Source of the DNA: Eledone cirrhosa
Taxonomy: Eukaryota
Direction: 5' to 3'
NCBI GenBank assembly: GCA_964016885.1
Contig: OZ024743.1
Coordinates: forward strand, 61,938,001-62,002,000
Length of the DNA: 64,000 nt
A program made the translations under genes and the position numbers. The notes under the pieces are model-generated. The model was given only the letters and a program-made list of their open reading frames with translations, had not been told where the DNA came from and made no database searches. This document shows, one piece after another, positions 30,330 to 43,373 of this stretch. The stretch's first letter is position 1, and each line of letters opens with the position of its first letter.

Positions 30330-31682
30330 AAAATCTAATCTCAACGAAGAATGTAACAAAGCAAGCAGAAACGATTCTTGGTTATTTATTTTGTTTCAGC
30401 CACCACCGCTAAGGCCATGGCGGGGCATCACCTGTGTATATAGCAGCTTGCCCAGCTGTGCTGTAGGTATTTCACTGCCATTGTTCCCATAAATCTTGAT
30501 GGAATCGGAGAGAGTGTTGTCGTGACATACGGTTTATTTTAGGCATTTTAAAATATGGTGACCTCCAAAGTCGATTTCTTCCAGAGTCAGACACAAAGAA
30601 CGACAGAGAGATATGCAGACAGGAAAGATGTTTCGACACCAGTACTGGAATGGGATAATAATTATCAACCGCGACAAAAAAGGATAGGTTGACCGTGGAA
30701 TTTGATCTCAAAGCACAGAGAGTTGATATGAACACTGAAAAGCATTCTGTCTGTTGCTCTGCCCATTCACTACCTTTGTAGGCATTTACTGTAAACTATC
30801 GTACAGCTTCAAGATGTCAACAATCCAGTTGGATCTAAGATTTGAATATTTTCCCAATTAATATTAAATAGTTTTTTCCTTTTCCTTTATTTGTTTTTGA
30901 AGTCATGGTTTCTGTGCTGTGGAATAGCATAATCACTTTTTTTTGTGAGCAAATTACTGTTACTGTCTTGCGAATAATATTTTGTAGCTGTTTAGTTGCT
31001 CATTTTGAGACCATACGTATTTAAACAAGTTAGTGTATGCCCTTCTATTGGTGTTGCTGATATAATTATTATGCTGGTATTATCCATATTTCAAAATGTT
31101 CTCAGTGAATATATCTGCATGGTTCACGGCAGATTTTTTATAGGGATGTAATATAAATCTACGAAGTACACTCAAGAGGTTTTGAAACTTTTACGAGAGC
31201 GAAAACTTTATTGGCGAGGTTTGTGTTCACATTGAGATTGGGTATTAATTTTAATACTTTTCTAAGACATTATAATTTCATTCTGAATAGAGCATTCTTC
31301 AATTGGATTTTATTACACGAAAATTTTTCCAGGGTCTTAAGAGTTCATTCAAAATCAATATGGATTTCATAATAGCAAATTTTTCAACTTTTATTTCTTA
31401 ATACTTAATACATTTTGAAATTTATGTTATGTAGAAATTACAATATTAAAACATTCTTACAGATATGAATAACAAAGAAAAGTGCTGACCCTATTTATTA
31501 GAGAGAATGTGACGTCATATTTCGGTTAAAGTATATATTCTACTGTGCTTTCCATAATTGTATGGTCGATAAAGAAATACCATTCCAGTACTGGTGTCGA
31601 TTTTCCCTCTATATCTCTTTCTCCTTAACTGGAAGACATCAGCTGAGTTTAGACATGGAGAGGGATGAGCTCCAAAATATAA

Positions 31683-31955
31683 AGTCAGTCTTGAGCCCGG
31701 GGGCTCAACAAACATGAGCTTATCTCTGTTTCCGTGATGTGAAACGACTGAGAGTACAAGACTTCCCTGGACAGGGCGCCTGTCCATAACAGGGTTAAAT
31801 CCCCAGCTACTGCTGGTACACATTTTCTGATGAATATAATGGAGCAATATGATATGAAGTGCTTTACACAAGAACACAGCACACAACCCAGTCCAGGAAT
31901 GAAGCCCACGACAATATGATCGCAAATCCAACACCCTTACCACCAGGCCACATTC
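31683..31955 (-). mobile_element. CORE-like SINE with a distinct tail
   Basis: Reverse strand GTGGCCTGGTGGTAAGGGTG head, CTTGTGTAAAGCACTT core, CCTGTTATGGACAGGCGCCCTGTCCAGGG tail. Confidence 0.6.
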
Positions 31956-32030
31956 CTCCAGGTTTTCAATATCACTGCGACGCTTCCACGATTCTACCAG
32001 GAATAACGGGTCCATACATACATGTATATA

Positions 32031-32370
32031 GGCGGCAAATTGGCAGAGTCGTTAGAACGTTGGATAGAATGCTCTATGGTATTGGTTTCGGCTCCCTGCT
32101 CTCTGAGTTCAATTCCTGCCGAGGTCAACTTTGCCTTTTGAGGTCGATAAAATAAAGTACCAGTCTAGTATTGGGGTCGATTCTTCCTCTATATTTCTTT
32201 CTCATTTTCCTTTCACTTACTTTCTAACTTGCTCTGGAAGAAATCAGCTATACTCAGGCCTGGCGTGGGAAGGGCTCCGCGAGGCTTAAAAATGGCCAAG
32301 AAACGTCGTATGTCAATAAGGCGCCCTTACGATTGTACCAGGAGTTACGGCTCCATACATACATGTATAT
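32031..32370 (+). mobile_element. SINE family A variant with extended tail ending CCATACATACAT
   Basis: GGCGGCAAATTGGCAGAGTCGTTAG head, GAGTTCAATTCC, GGTCGATAAAATAAAGTACCAG; tail also present, diverged, at 31560-31680 and 31985-32030. Confidence 0.65.
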
Positions 32371-32525
32371 CTTATATCTTCTCCAACTAAGAACGTTTGT
32401 CTGTTCTATTTCTTTCTCTTCTCAATCTCTATAGTATTCTTCATCTGGAACCTTTGTTTAGATTTCCGTTCTTTTACATTATAACAATTTTATCAAAGTC
32501 ATTGCCATGCCACATATGTTGTGAA

Positions 32526-32578
<53 letters not shown>

Positions 32579-32616
32579 CTAATCCACCCTCAGGCCCATC
32601 ACCAATGATATCATAT

Positions 32617-32688
<72 letters not shown>

Positions 32689-32935
32689 ATATAACACTGC
32701 GTCAATTGCCTTAAATAGAACATAAACAAATCTACACCAAATCCATGCTATCCATGAACTCAAGCAAACGTAAAACATACTCCTACAATAAATCCCACCC
32801 ACCAGACACATACCGCACAAGACATACACACACAGATATAAAAAGAAAGTGGATGACCTGACATGCTTTGGAGAAATTGGGAATGTGTGCGTCCCAACAC
32901 AAATGACAAAACTGATAGTCAATCACTATATTACT

Positions 32936-33476
32936 GTGAGTTCAAATCCTGCAAAGTTTAACTTTTCCTTTCGTCTTTACGGGGTCGATATAAAATAAAG
33001 CTCCTGTAATGCATTGGTGTAATTGCTGGCATTGTGCCAAAAGTATAAACAATTATATTAATAAGGCGATGGATTGGCAGTATCGGAAGAGGTTCAGCCA
33101 CCATGCTTTGCAGCATAGAGTTATGGCCCTTTACGGTCTGATTTCAAATCAGGTTATCTTTGCCTTTCATCCTTACGGGGTCGATAAAATAAAGCACCAG
33201 TAATGCACTGGTGAATTGCTGGCCTTGTGCCAAAAGTAGAAACAATTATATTAATAAGGCGGTGGATTGGCAGTATTGCAGCATAGAGTTATGGCCCTTT
33301 ACTTTCTGAATTCAAATCCCGCCGAGATTAGCTTTGCCTTTCAGCCTTACGGGGAGATAAAATAAAGCACCAGTAATGCGCTGGTTAATTGCTGGCCTTG
33401 TGCCTAAAGTAGAAACAACTATATTAATAGTTCAAATCATGCTGAGGTTAGCATTTATCGATAAAATAAAGTACCA
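32936..33476 (+). mobile_element. Head-to-tail cluster of ~4 SINE family A copies (two near-full, two partial)
   Basis: GATAAAATAAAG.ACCA-type core recurs at ~32990, 33185, 33358, 33462; heads at 33064 and 33258. Confidence 0.85.
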
Positions 33477-33511
33477 TATATATATATGTGTGTGTTTGTG
33501 TGTGTGTGTGT

Positions 33512-33556
<45 letters not shown>

Positions 33557-33654
33557 GGTGTGTTTGTGGAATTTTATATGTATGCGTCCCAACGCCTCTA
33601 TACATTTTCCCGTCTCCATGAATACATCGTCCGATTTTGTCAACTATCAATATA

Positions 33655-33850
33655 ATGTTTCTACTATAGGCACAAGGCCAACAATTTTAGGGGAGGGGTA
33701 AGTCGATTAAATCGACCCCACTTCGTTAGTGATACTTTATTTTATTGATAAAGACTTACATCGGCAGGATTTGAACTATAATATAATTGTTTCTACTTTA
33801 AGCACAAGGTCGGCAATTACCCAGTGCATTACTGGTGCTTTATTTTATAT
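33655..33850 (-). mobile_element. Two partial SINE family A copies, opposite in orientation to the upstream cluster
   Basis: GTTTCTACT...GCACAAGG at 33657 and 33789; TTTATTTTAT core; GGATTTGAAC B-box reverse complement. Confidence 0.75.
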
Positions 33851-33855
33851 ATATA

Positions 33856-34139
33856 CTAGCAGAATGGCCCGGCGTTGCTCGAGATTCTAAACATAGATTG
33901 GCATGTTTATCCCTCCTTTCTGAAACAGTTTCGTCGTATGTTCACCAATTGATGGAGAAGTCCTAGTAAAAAGTGAAGTCGCCTTGGGTGAATAGGCAAA
34001 TAATTTTTCATTAAGATTTTTCAAAAGCCTGTAATTGCGTTCCCTCTCTTTTTTGTTGTTTTTGCTGCTGTCGAGCCTCGTGAAATAAATACGTTTGTTT
34101 ATATTTTGCTATTGTGTATGCAAAAATATCTGTACACGA

Positions 34140-34202
<63 letters not shown>

Positions 34203-34661
34203 TATATTAAAATAACAGATTAAAGTTTAAGCGAAGAGTCGCTGCTTTCATCCTTAACGGGATCTTCTGAAACTAAAAAAATCGATCTGTGAACGCAAAA
34301 ATAAATATTTTGAAAAACGTTACACACTATATATATATATATACACACACACACTATATATACATATATACACACACACAGATACTGTCATAATGTCGTA
34401 ATGCAGACAGCCAGAGATACAGACAGATATTATAAGGGCACAACGTTGTAGCTATGTATCTATGTAAAAAGACAGACTAAGAAAGATAGAAATAAATCGC
34501 TAAATCGCCTAATGCGGTCCCTAGGGCATTGAAAATTTGAAATATATTTTGTTCAAAACACTCACATGACCATAAGTATTACATGTGTAAAGTTTGAAAA
34601 CAATCAGTTGGGTGGTTCTCGAGTTTTAGGTAGTCAGACAGACAGACAGACATTCTCTGTT

Positions 34662-34675
<14 letters not shown>
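33856..34675 (-). mobile_element. Non-autonomous Helitron-like element
   Basis: Minus strand starts in (TA)n-AAAA..(GTCT)n..CTCGAGAACC and ends CTCGAGCAACGCCGGGCCATTCTGCTAG|T: degenerate subterminal hairpin, CTAG end, T flank, no TSD seen. Confidence 0.7.
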
Positions 34676-34918
<243 letters not shown>

Positions 34919-35569
34919 TTTTGTATCTCCAAAGAAATACAGTTTTAGGAAGCCGTAGCTATGGAAACACCGGGGGGCTAACGCTATGCTTGAAGCGAAA
35001 TCCTATTTCTTTTATGTATATATATATAAAAGAAAAAAATAGTTGTATCTACAATTCATAGAACTAGCCCTCTCACATACTGTGTCACACTGAATATTCC
35101 TGAAAAATACTTAGTGGATAAAATAAAACTCAAGTCAAGAACTATGATTGATTAATTCCACTAATCACTGTCACACAAGTTGTTGACCTCGTACTTTTAT
35201 TAGAACTTCTATTGATTATCCACAAACCAATTGTGATCAAGTAGACATATAATTGACTACCTTCTACCTGTGAGCATCCCACTGCCGTATATAACTATGA
35301 CTTCATTGTCCGTGCCTACTCCTATTTTTAGAAGACAGTAGAGTGTAATTTGAAAGAGACTTGACTGTCATTTTTAGCATTTAGAATGACCATTTAGAGA
35401 CTCATTTGTTAACGTGTTTTAAACATTTACCAGTCGACGGTCGTGTGATTAGTAAGGATGAATCTATTCATTGAAAAGGGATAGATGAAAGGTAGGCTTT
35501 TAATCTCTTTTCAGTGACAAAGTACTTGTGGACGCAGCCTGGGGTCGATAATTGCTGGCGATAATTATT

Positions 35570-35860
35570 AGGTGTCAGGTTCAATCCATGGCATGTTGAG
35601 CAAGTGTCATTTATCATTACTTCGGGTCGTCCCGTGTCTTGTAAGTTAAATTTGATTGACGGAAATTGTTTAAAAACCCGACGGATGGGCTGTATCTATA
35701 ACTTAAAGGACCAACCTTGTCACATACTGTGTCATACTAGATCTTCTTGCAAATTATGTTAAAGGTATATGTATCTGCGGAATGCACAGGCACTTATTTA
35801 TATGCTAATTTTATGTAGGCTGTTCTATTGAAGGAACAACTGGAACATTCAACGCCGGCG
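35570..35860 (+). mobile_element. SINE family B copy (diverged)
   Basis: GGTTCAATCC, TTGAGCAAGTGTC, CCTTGTCACATACTGTGTCA...AACTGGAAC. Confidence 0.6.
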
Positions 35861-36199
35861 GTTCATTTTCATTTGTTATTTTTAAAAGAAATTTTTTTTT
35901 TTTTACTCAAGTTTTTTTTAAAATGTGTACAATATGTCTACCATGTCATGTGTTAGGGTCAGGTGTTTCTGGTGACGTTATTAGGTTACTATGGTGAAGT
36001 TTGGTATTGTTATCGAGATTACTGGTATCATTGACCTCACATATTCCCCCTTCAATGTTATGTATGTTATAATTGCTGTTGTTGTTGCTACCATTCTCTC
36101 TATTCTTCGAAAACAACAGCAACATTTACACTTCATCATTGCATAATCAACACCAGACCTTTTGTATTGTTGAAAGTTTTACAATTGCTGCTGGTATTT

Positions 36200-36535
36200 A
36201 TGTTGTTGTTGTTGTTGTTACTGTTGTTGTTGTTGTTGTTATTATTGCTGCTGTTGTTGTTACTGTTGTTGTTGTTGTTGTTACTGCTGCTGTTGTTGTT
36301 GTTGTTGTTACTGCTGCTGCTGTTGTTGTTGTTACTGCTACTGCTGTTGTTGTTGGTACTGCTGCTGTTGTTGTTACTGTTCTTGCTGTTGTTGTTATTG
36401 CTGCTGTTGTCGTTGTTGTTGTCACTGCTGCTGTTGTTGTTGTTACTGCTGTTGTCGTTGTTGTTACTGTTGTTGTTGTTGTTGTTACTGCTGCTGTTGT
36501 TGTTGTTGTTACTGTTGTTGTTGTTGTTGTTGTAG
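36200..36535. repeat. (GTT/GCT/ACT)n degenerate trinucleotide repeat
   Basis: Visible; explains the poly-L/V/N ORFs. Confidence 0.95.
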
Positions 36536-36618
36536 CTGTCTGGAAATGACACAGGCCTATATTATTGTTTTATGAAACAATTATTGTTTTATTTGTTTTT
36601 TTATCTTCCTTGTATTTA

Positions 36619-38768
36619 TCGTCACCATCACCATCATCACCATCACTCCCGCCGTCACCATCACCATCATCACCATCGCTCCCGTCGTCACCATCACCAT
36701 CATCACCATCGCTCCCGTCGTCACCATCACCACCATCACCATCGCTCCCGTCGTCACCATCATCACCATCGCTCCCGTCGTCACCATCACCACCATCACC
36801 ATCATCACCATCAAAATCATCACCATCATCACCATCATCACCATCGCTCCCGTCGTCACCATCACCATCATCACCATCATCACCATCACTCCCGCCGTCA
36901 CCATCACCATCATCACCATCGCTCCCGTCGTCACCATCACCATCATCACCATCGCTCCCGTCGTCACCATCACCACCATCACCATCGCTCCCGTCGTCAC
37001 CATCATCACCATCACCATCGCTCCCGTCGTCACCATCATCACCATCGCTCCCGTCGTCACCATCATCACCATCGCTCCCGTCGTCACCATCACCATCATC
37101 ACCATCACTCCCGTCGTCACCATCACCATCATCACCATCATCACCATCACTCCCGTCGTCACCATCACCATCATCACCACCATCACCATCACTCTCGTCG
37201 TCACCATCACCATCATCACCATCACTCCCGTCGTCACCATCACCATCATCACCATCATCACCATCATCACCATCATCACCATCATCACCATCGCTCCCGT
37301 CGTCACCATCATCACCATCGCTCCCGTCGTCACCATCACCATCATCACCATCGCTCCCGTCGTCACCATCACCATCATCACCATCATCACCATCACTCCC
37401 GTCGTCACCATCACCATCATCACCACCATCACCATCACTCTCGTCGTCATCATCACCATCACTCCCGTCGTCACCATCACCATCATCACCATCATCACCA
37501 TCACTCCCGTCGTCACCATCACCATCATCACCATCATCACCATCACTCCCGTCGTCACCATCATCACCATCATCACCATCGCTCCCGTCGTCACCATCAC
37601 CATCATCACCATCATCACCATCACTCCCGTCGTCACCATCACCATCATCACCACCATCACCATCACTCTCGTCGTCATCATCACCATCACTCCCGTCGTC
37701 ACCATCACCATCATCACCATCATCACCATCACTCCCGTCGTCACCATCACCATCATCACCATCATCACCATCACTCCCGTCGTCACCATCATCACCATCA
37801 TCACCATCGCTCCCGTCGTCACCATCACCATCATCACCATCGCTCCCGTCGTCACCATCACCATCATCACCACCATCACCATCACTCTCGTCGTCATCAT
37901 CACCATCATCACCATCACTCCCGTCGTCACCATCACCATCATCACCACCATCACCATCACTCTCGTCGTCATCATCACCATCATCACCATCACTCCCGTC
38001 GTCACCATCACCATCATCACCATCATCAACATCGCTCCCGTCGTCACCATCACCATCATCACCATCACTCCCGTCGTCACCATCACCATCATCAACATCG
38101 CTCCCGCCGTCACCATCACCATCATCACCATCACTCCCGTCGTCACCATCACCACCATCACCATCATCACCATCACTCCCGTCGTCACTATCAAAATCAT
38201 CACCATCATCACCATCATCACCATCACTCCCGTCGTCACCATCACCATCATCACCATCATCACCATCACTCCCGTCGTCACCATCATCACCATCAAAATC
38301 ATCACCATCATCACCATCATCACCATCGCTCCCGTCGTCACCATCACCATCATCACCATCATCACCATCACTCCCGCCGTCACCATCACCATCATCACCA
38401 TCACTCCCGTCGTCACCATCACCACCATCACCATCACTCCCGTCGTCACCATCACCATCATCACCATCATCACCATCATCACCATCGCCCTTGTCGTCAC
38501 CATGACCATCACCATCACTCCCGTCGTCACCATCACCATCATCACCATCATCACCATCGCCCTCGTCGTCACCATCACCACCATCACCATCACTCCCGTC
38601 GTCACCATCACCATCATCACCATCATCACCATCATCACCATCATCACCATCGCCCTCGTCGTCACCATCACCATCACTCCCGTCGTCACCATCACCATCA
38701 TCACCATCATCACCATCGCCCTCGTCGTCGCCGTCGCCGTCTATGTTGTCTTCGTCGTTATCATCATG
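36619..38768. repeat. 2.1-kb (CAT/CAC)-derived minisatellite punctuated by CTCCCGTCG
   Basis: Units of TCACCATCA..TC(G/A)CTCCCGTCG with lengths in multiples of 3; long ORFs on both strands. Confidence 0.95.
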
Positions 38769-39216
38769 ATTATTCTTATACTTTCTTATGTTCACTCTGA
38801 AGTATAAGAGAGAAAGAGGGAGAGAGAGAGAAAGGGAGAGAGAGAGAAAGGGGGAGAGAGAGAGAAAGGGGGAGAGAGAGAAATGGAGAGAGAGAGAGCG
38901 TGTGTGAAAGCGAGAGAGGGTGAAAGAGAAAAAGAGATAGAGAATAAGTGGGAAAGAGAGAGGGAGAATAAATGAGAGTGAATGAGTGAAAGAGAGAGAG
39001 AAAGAGAGAAAGAGAGGGTGAGGAAGGGGGAGGCATGGAGGGAGAGAGAGAGAGAGAGAATATATCCTTGATGTTCTCCATGACGAAATCCACCTGTACT
39101 TCATCACTGATATAAGTCTACCTATCCCACTGGGACATTGGGTGATGAGATATGTTTCTAGCTCTACCTGTCACTTACATGTAGCCTGAAGCTGACAGGA
39201 TCTTAAAACCGGGTAG

Positions 39217-39393
39217 CACTGACTAATTGACTGTTGAGGGCCAGAAGTATATTTTACTGGTCAATTAAGGCGACACTGACTAACAGGCTACATACTATGG
39301 AGGGCCAGATGTATGTTTTCACTGGTCAGCTTGGGTAACACCGACTAACAGACTGATGAGGGTCAGAGGTATATTTCCACTGGTCAGTTAAAG
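39217..39393. repeat. Three diverged ~57-64-bp tandem units
   Basis: CAC(T/C)GACTAA...GAGGG(C/T)CAGA.GTAT.TTT..ACTGGTCA repeated at 39217, 39274, 39338. Confidence 0.75.
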
Positions 39394-39612
39394 TATTTTG
39401 TATTTCGATTTGAGTATTACCCAATTGGCCAGTCAACTTCTGCATACTGTTAGTGAATGGCCAACCTTGTTCCACCGTTAGTGAATGTTGTTGATTTTAG
39501 AGTTTGGGGCTGTTGAGCCAATACCCAACTATTGGGAGTATAACATATAAATGGGGCCTCATTTCTGAGTATCAGAGAGTGTCCATACGCCGATAAGTCA
39601 TGCATGCTGCAA

Positions 39613-39790
39613 TAATTGTTTCAACTTTTGGCACAAGGCAAGCAATTATCCCAGTGCATTACCGGTACTTTATTTTATCGACCCCGTAAGGATGCACGGC
39701 AAAGTTAACATCGGTGGGATTTGAACTCAGGACGTAACTCTATGCTAGAAAGCATGGCGTCCGACCCTCTACCGATACTGCCAATCCGAG
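39613..39790 (-). mobile_element. SINE family A copy
   Basis: Reverse complement of the 56856-57042 type sequence. Confidence 0.85.
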
Positions 39791-40079
39791 CCCATATCGC
39801 AAATGGGGTATACTATGTGGTTTAATATAGCCGCTGGTTTAAGGAAAGAAATCTTATCCACAATCAACGGAGGCACATGTCTAGAGTGCTGGTTACCAGC
39901 TCTTTATCAGAGCATTGTCTGCTCTAAAAGAAAGCACATTGGAAAATAGGTTTCCCTTGTAAGACTAAAGCTATATAGTAGGATTTTGTGCACTTTTCAC
40001 ATGCACAAGTCATTGTCCGACGTTCTAACGACTCAGCCAATTTACCGTCTCTAAACAGCTGACTTGGTGTGTATACATA

Positions 40080-40125
<46 letters not shown>

Positions 40126-40703
40126 TGTGTATGTGTGTGTGTGTAAGAGTACAGAGAGTGAGACGTGAAAACAAATAAAGTTGAAGATTAAGTCAGCGAT
40201 GCAATGTTTGAGTCATCAGTTAGGAAGTGAGGTGAAATAAATGAAGGCAGTACTAGTAGTGCTAGTAGTGGTGGTGGTGGTAGTGGTGGTAGTTAGCGAT
40301 GATGATCATTCTGGTGGTGACAATGGTGGTGGTAGTGGTGTTGGAAGGGTGGTCGTGCTAATGCTGCTGGTGACTACAACAAAGTATTGTTTGTGTATGT
40401 ATGTGTACGTATGTATGTGTGTGTATATGTGTGTGTATATGTATGTATGGGAGTATGCATGTATGTGTGTGTATGTGCATGCATGTGTGTATGTGTTTGT
40501 ATGTGTGTACACATAGTTAACCACTAATTGGATGTTACATGTCAGAAATGTGGCTACACATTTTGTATGTTTTCTGTCATTTCAATGAAAATTTCTTCTT
40601 CATATCTATGATTAGTGTTTTTCTTTGTGTTAAGATTTTTTTTGCTATTTTTCACTGTGACATATGTTATGGTGTGTGTTTGTGTTTGTGTGTGTGTGTG
40701 TGT

Positions 40704-40760
<57 letters not shown>

Positions 40761-41139
40761 GTTGTGAAGGTTGTGTGTTGTGCTTACGTAGGTTGTTGTG
40801 TTGTTTGTGTGTAGGATGTGCCGTGTTCTATACATGGTGTTATGTGTATAGTATTGTGAAGGTTGTGTGGTGTGTTGTTGTCGTTGTTGTTGTTTTCCCT
40901 AGTTTGTTGTCTGTGTGTGTGTTGTGGCATGTATAATATTGTGTGCTGTGATGTGAAGGTTATATACCGTATTTTTTGTAGCAAAGAACAGCGTTCTGTT
41001 TAGAGAATTGACCAATCAGAAGATAACTTACCAACTATTGTAAACCAAACATGTTTCATATAATACATTAACAAATAAGCAGAAATGTTACACACATACA
41101 TACATATACACATACATACATACACACATATATGCATAC

Positions 41140-41308
41140 ACACATACACACACACATACATACATACATACATACATACATACATACATACATACATACA
41201 TGATGGCTGCCCCTCGTTATCGAGTATGGCCATTGCACGAGGAGAAAGAAAAAAAAAATAATAATAATAAATAAATAAAAATAAAAAAAAAATAAAAAAA
41301 TAAAAAAA

Positions 41309-41345
<37 letters not shown>

Positions 41346-41514
41346 CATACATATACACACACACACACACATACTCACACACACATATACACACACATAC
41401 ATTAATAACAATAATAATAATAATAATAACAACAACAACAATAATAACGACAACAACAATAATAATATACATATACATATATATATACACACACACGCAC
41501 ACACATAAGCATAT

Positions 41515-41600
<86 letters not shown>

Positions 41601-41935
41601 GCGCACACGATAGCAACTAACAGCGCTGCGATCGAATGTGGCTTTTTAGCCCAGCCAATGATCTAAAATGTCTTGCACAGAGTCGGCAACCAAAACATTT
41701 ACTGGGAATAGTCGGCTGTGGTTGGAGTTCGTGTACTTTTGCATGTCGCTTGAGCCCTCCTGCTGATTTACATTCTCTACCACATGTTTGGCAAGCATGA
41801 TGAGTAGCATCTCCAACAGCAGCCTGGTAGTCAACCACTGGTCTTACTTTATGACTGCGAAGATGACTTTGAGTCCAGCTTTGCTTAGGCAGAGTCTCGC
41901 ACATACGCTGCATGTCAGCACCATAGGAGGACCCT
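41140..41935 (-). mobile_element. RTE-type LINE 3' end with two C2H2 zinc fingers; 3' UTR interrupted by microsatellites; (ATGT)n tail
   Basis: CQTCGRECKSAGGLKRHAKVH and CRLCARHFRSLAGLKSHIRS*; terminal GGCCATACTCGATAACGAGGGGCAGCCATC at 41201-41240, then (ATGT)n. Confidence 0.75.
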
Positions 41936-42216
41936 ACATACATGGTGGCTGCCAACTCGTTTTCGAGTACGGCCACTACTTTATATCCATGTAGGAGAAC
42001 CCCTACCGATGCGCTGAACGAGTGTGACTTTTTAGTCCAGCCAGCGACTTGAAAACTCTGGTACAAACACTACACTTGTGACAATTACTGACACATAGTG
42101 CTGGGCCCATGGTACCATGTGACGACAAGTGCAGAGAGATCTCCAGATATAAAGCAATCCATACATACATACATACATACATACATACATACATACATAC
42201 ATACATACATACATAC
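41936..42216 (-). mobile_element. Second RTE-type LINE 3' end (related subfamily) stacked on the previous one
   Basis: CSVCTRVFKSLAGLKSHTRSAHR*, then 3' UTR with ACTCG-AAAA-CGAGT hairpin and ATGTA tail; (ATGT)n on its 5' side. Confidence 0.75.
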
Positions 42217-42955
42217 AAAACTGCGATGTCGGAGGTGCGACAACTTAGGAGGAATATGGCTACAGTCTGGATGGACAACAGGAAAGCTTTCAATTCTGTT
42301 CCCCACTCTTGGATGATAGAGGCCCTCCGACTTGCTAAAGTCCCAGACATTATTATCAGAGCCATAGAGAAGCTGTCTTCTTCTTGGGCTACTATCCTAA
42401 AGTTAAAGACAGAGAAAGAGGACTCTATTTTCACTGATAAAATAAAATATCGCAGGGGTATATTTCAGGGGGACAGTCTCTCTCTGTGATATTATTCACC
42501 CAGTCCTTAAGCCCCTTGTCCTTTCTGCTTAGAGGCCTAACATCAGTCAAGACAGCATTTAATGTCGCATCATATCCCTCCGACAACATCTACGAACCTC
42601 AAAGCGTAGGAGCCCGTCTCTCGAGCAAGTCTATCTGCATGAAACAGATAAGATCATGAGAGTTTGGAAAGAATTCCTTGAGAGATATTCCCTGTGTGAT
42701 AATCAAAAACTCACACCCTGTTCAGCAGTATCGCAGTGAATCCATGAATAAAAAGCTGCATGCTTATCAGCAAAAAATCATGCATGAATATGTTGCCAGG
42801 AAGCTCCAGAGTGAGAATAATATAGATAAACAAAGTAGTCTATCTTTGACCAACAACCGCTATATTGGCTCCCACATTGAAGGATACGCTTTTGCAATCC
42901 AAGAACAGGAAATCAACACGAAATACCTGATTCACAAAAGATATAGGGATATGCA
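42217..42955 (+). mobile_element. R4/Dong-like non-LTR retrotransposon RT fragment, internally deleted
   Basis: VWMDNRKAFNSVPHSWM, RRGIFQGDSLS, then IEGYAFAIQEQEINTKY. Confidence 0.85.
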
Positions 42956-43373
42956 GGCAAAACACAGGTTTCGTCCACCAAATTTCACACACAATACATT
43001 GATTGATCTGAGGCTATAGAAGAGGGGTCTTTTCTTTTCACCTCTAAGATATTTAACTTAACATGTTAATCGGTTTAACATCGCCATTTCTTTCTGGGGT
43101 GCTTTTAGCAAAGTCGGCTCTGTAGCAAAACATTGAGACAAGGTCTGGTCTAAGGATCACCTGAACCAAATACTGACGGTCGTGTTGGAATAGGCGTCAT
43201 GTCTAATGTCAATTCTCCTCTGAATAAATTATTAGAAATATACACATGTCGGTATAGACAGCAATATATATTTGCTGTTTGATGCAGTCTAAAGAATATA
43301 ATTTTAAAGAATATGAAACTACAAACACACACATGCACACACATGTATGTATGTATATATATATATATATATA

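Noticed and set aside
36565-38505. Secreted extensin-like Ser/Pro protein
   Set aside because: Starts at TTG rather than ATG; it is one frame of a trinucleotide-derived repeat
39060-39180. Possible host exon (DEVQVDFVMENIKDIF)
   Set aside because: Upstream in-frame stop, no donor site, runs into a (CT)n tract
41617-42110. Host C2H2 zinc-finger gene
   Set aside because: No TGEKP linkers; fingers are followed by a multi-copy 3' end and repeat tail typical of RTE LINEs
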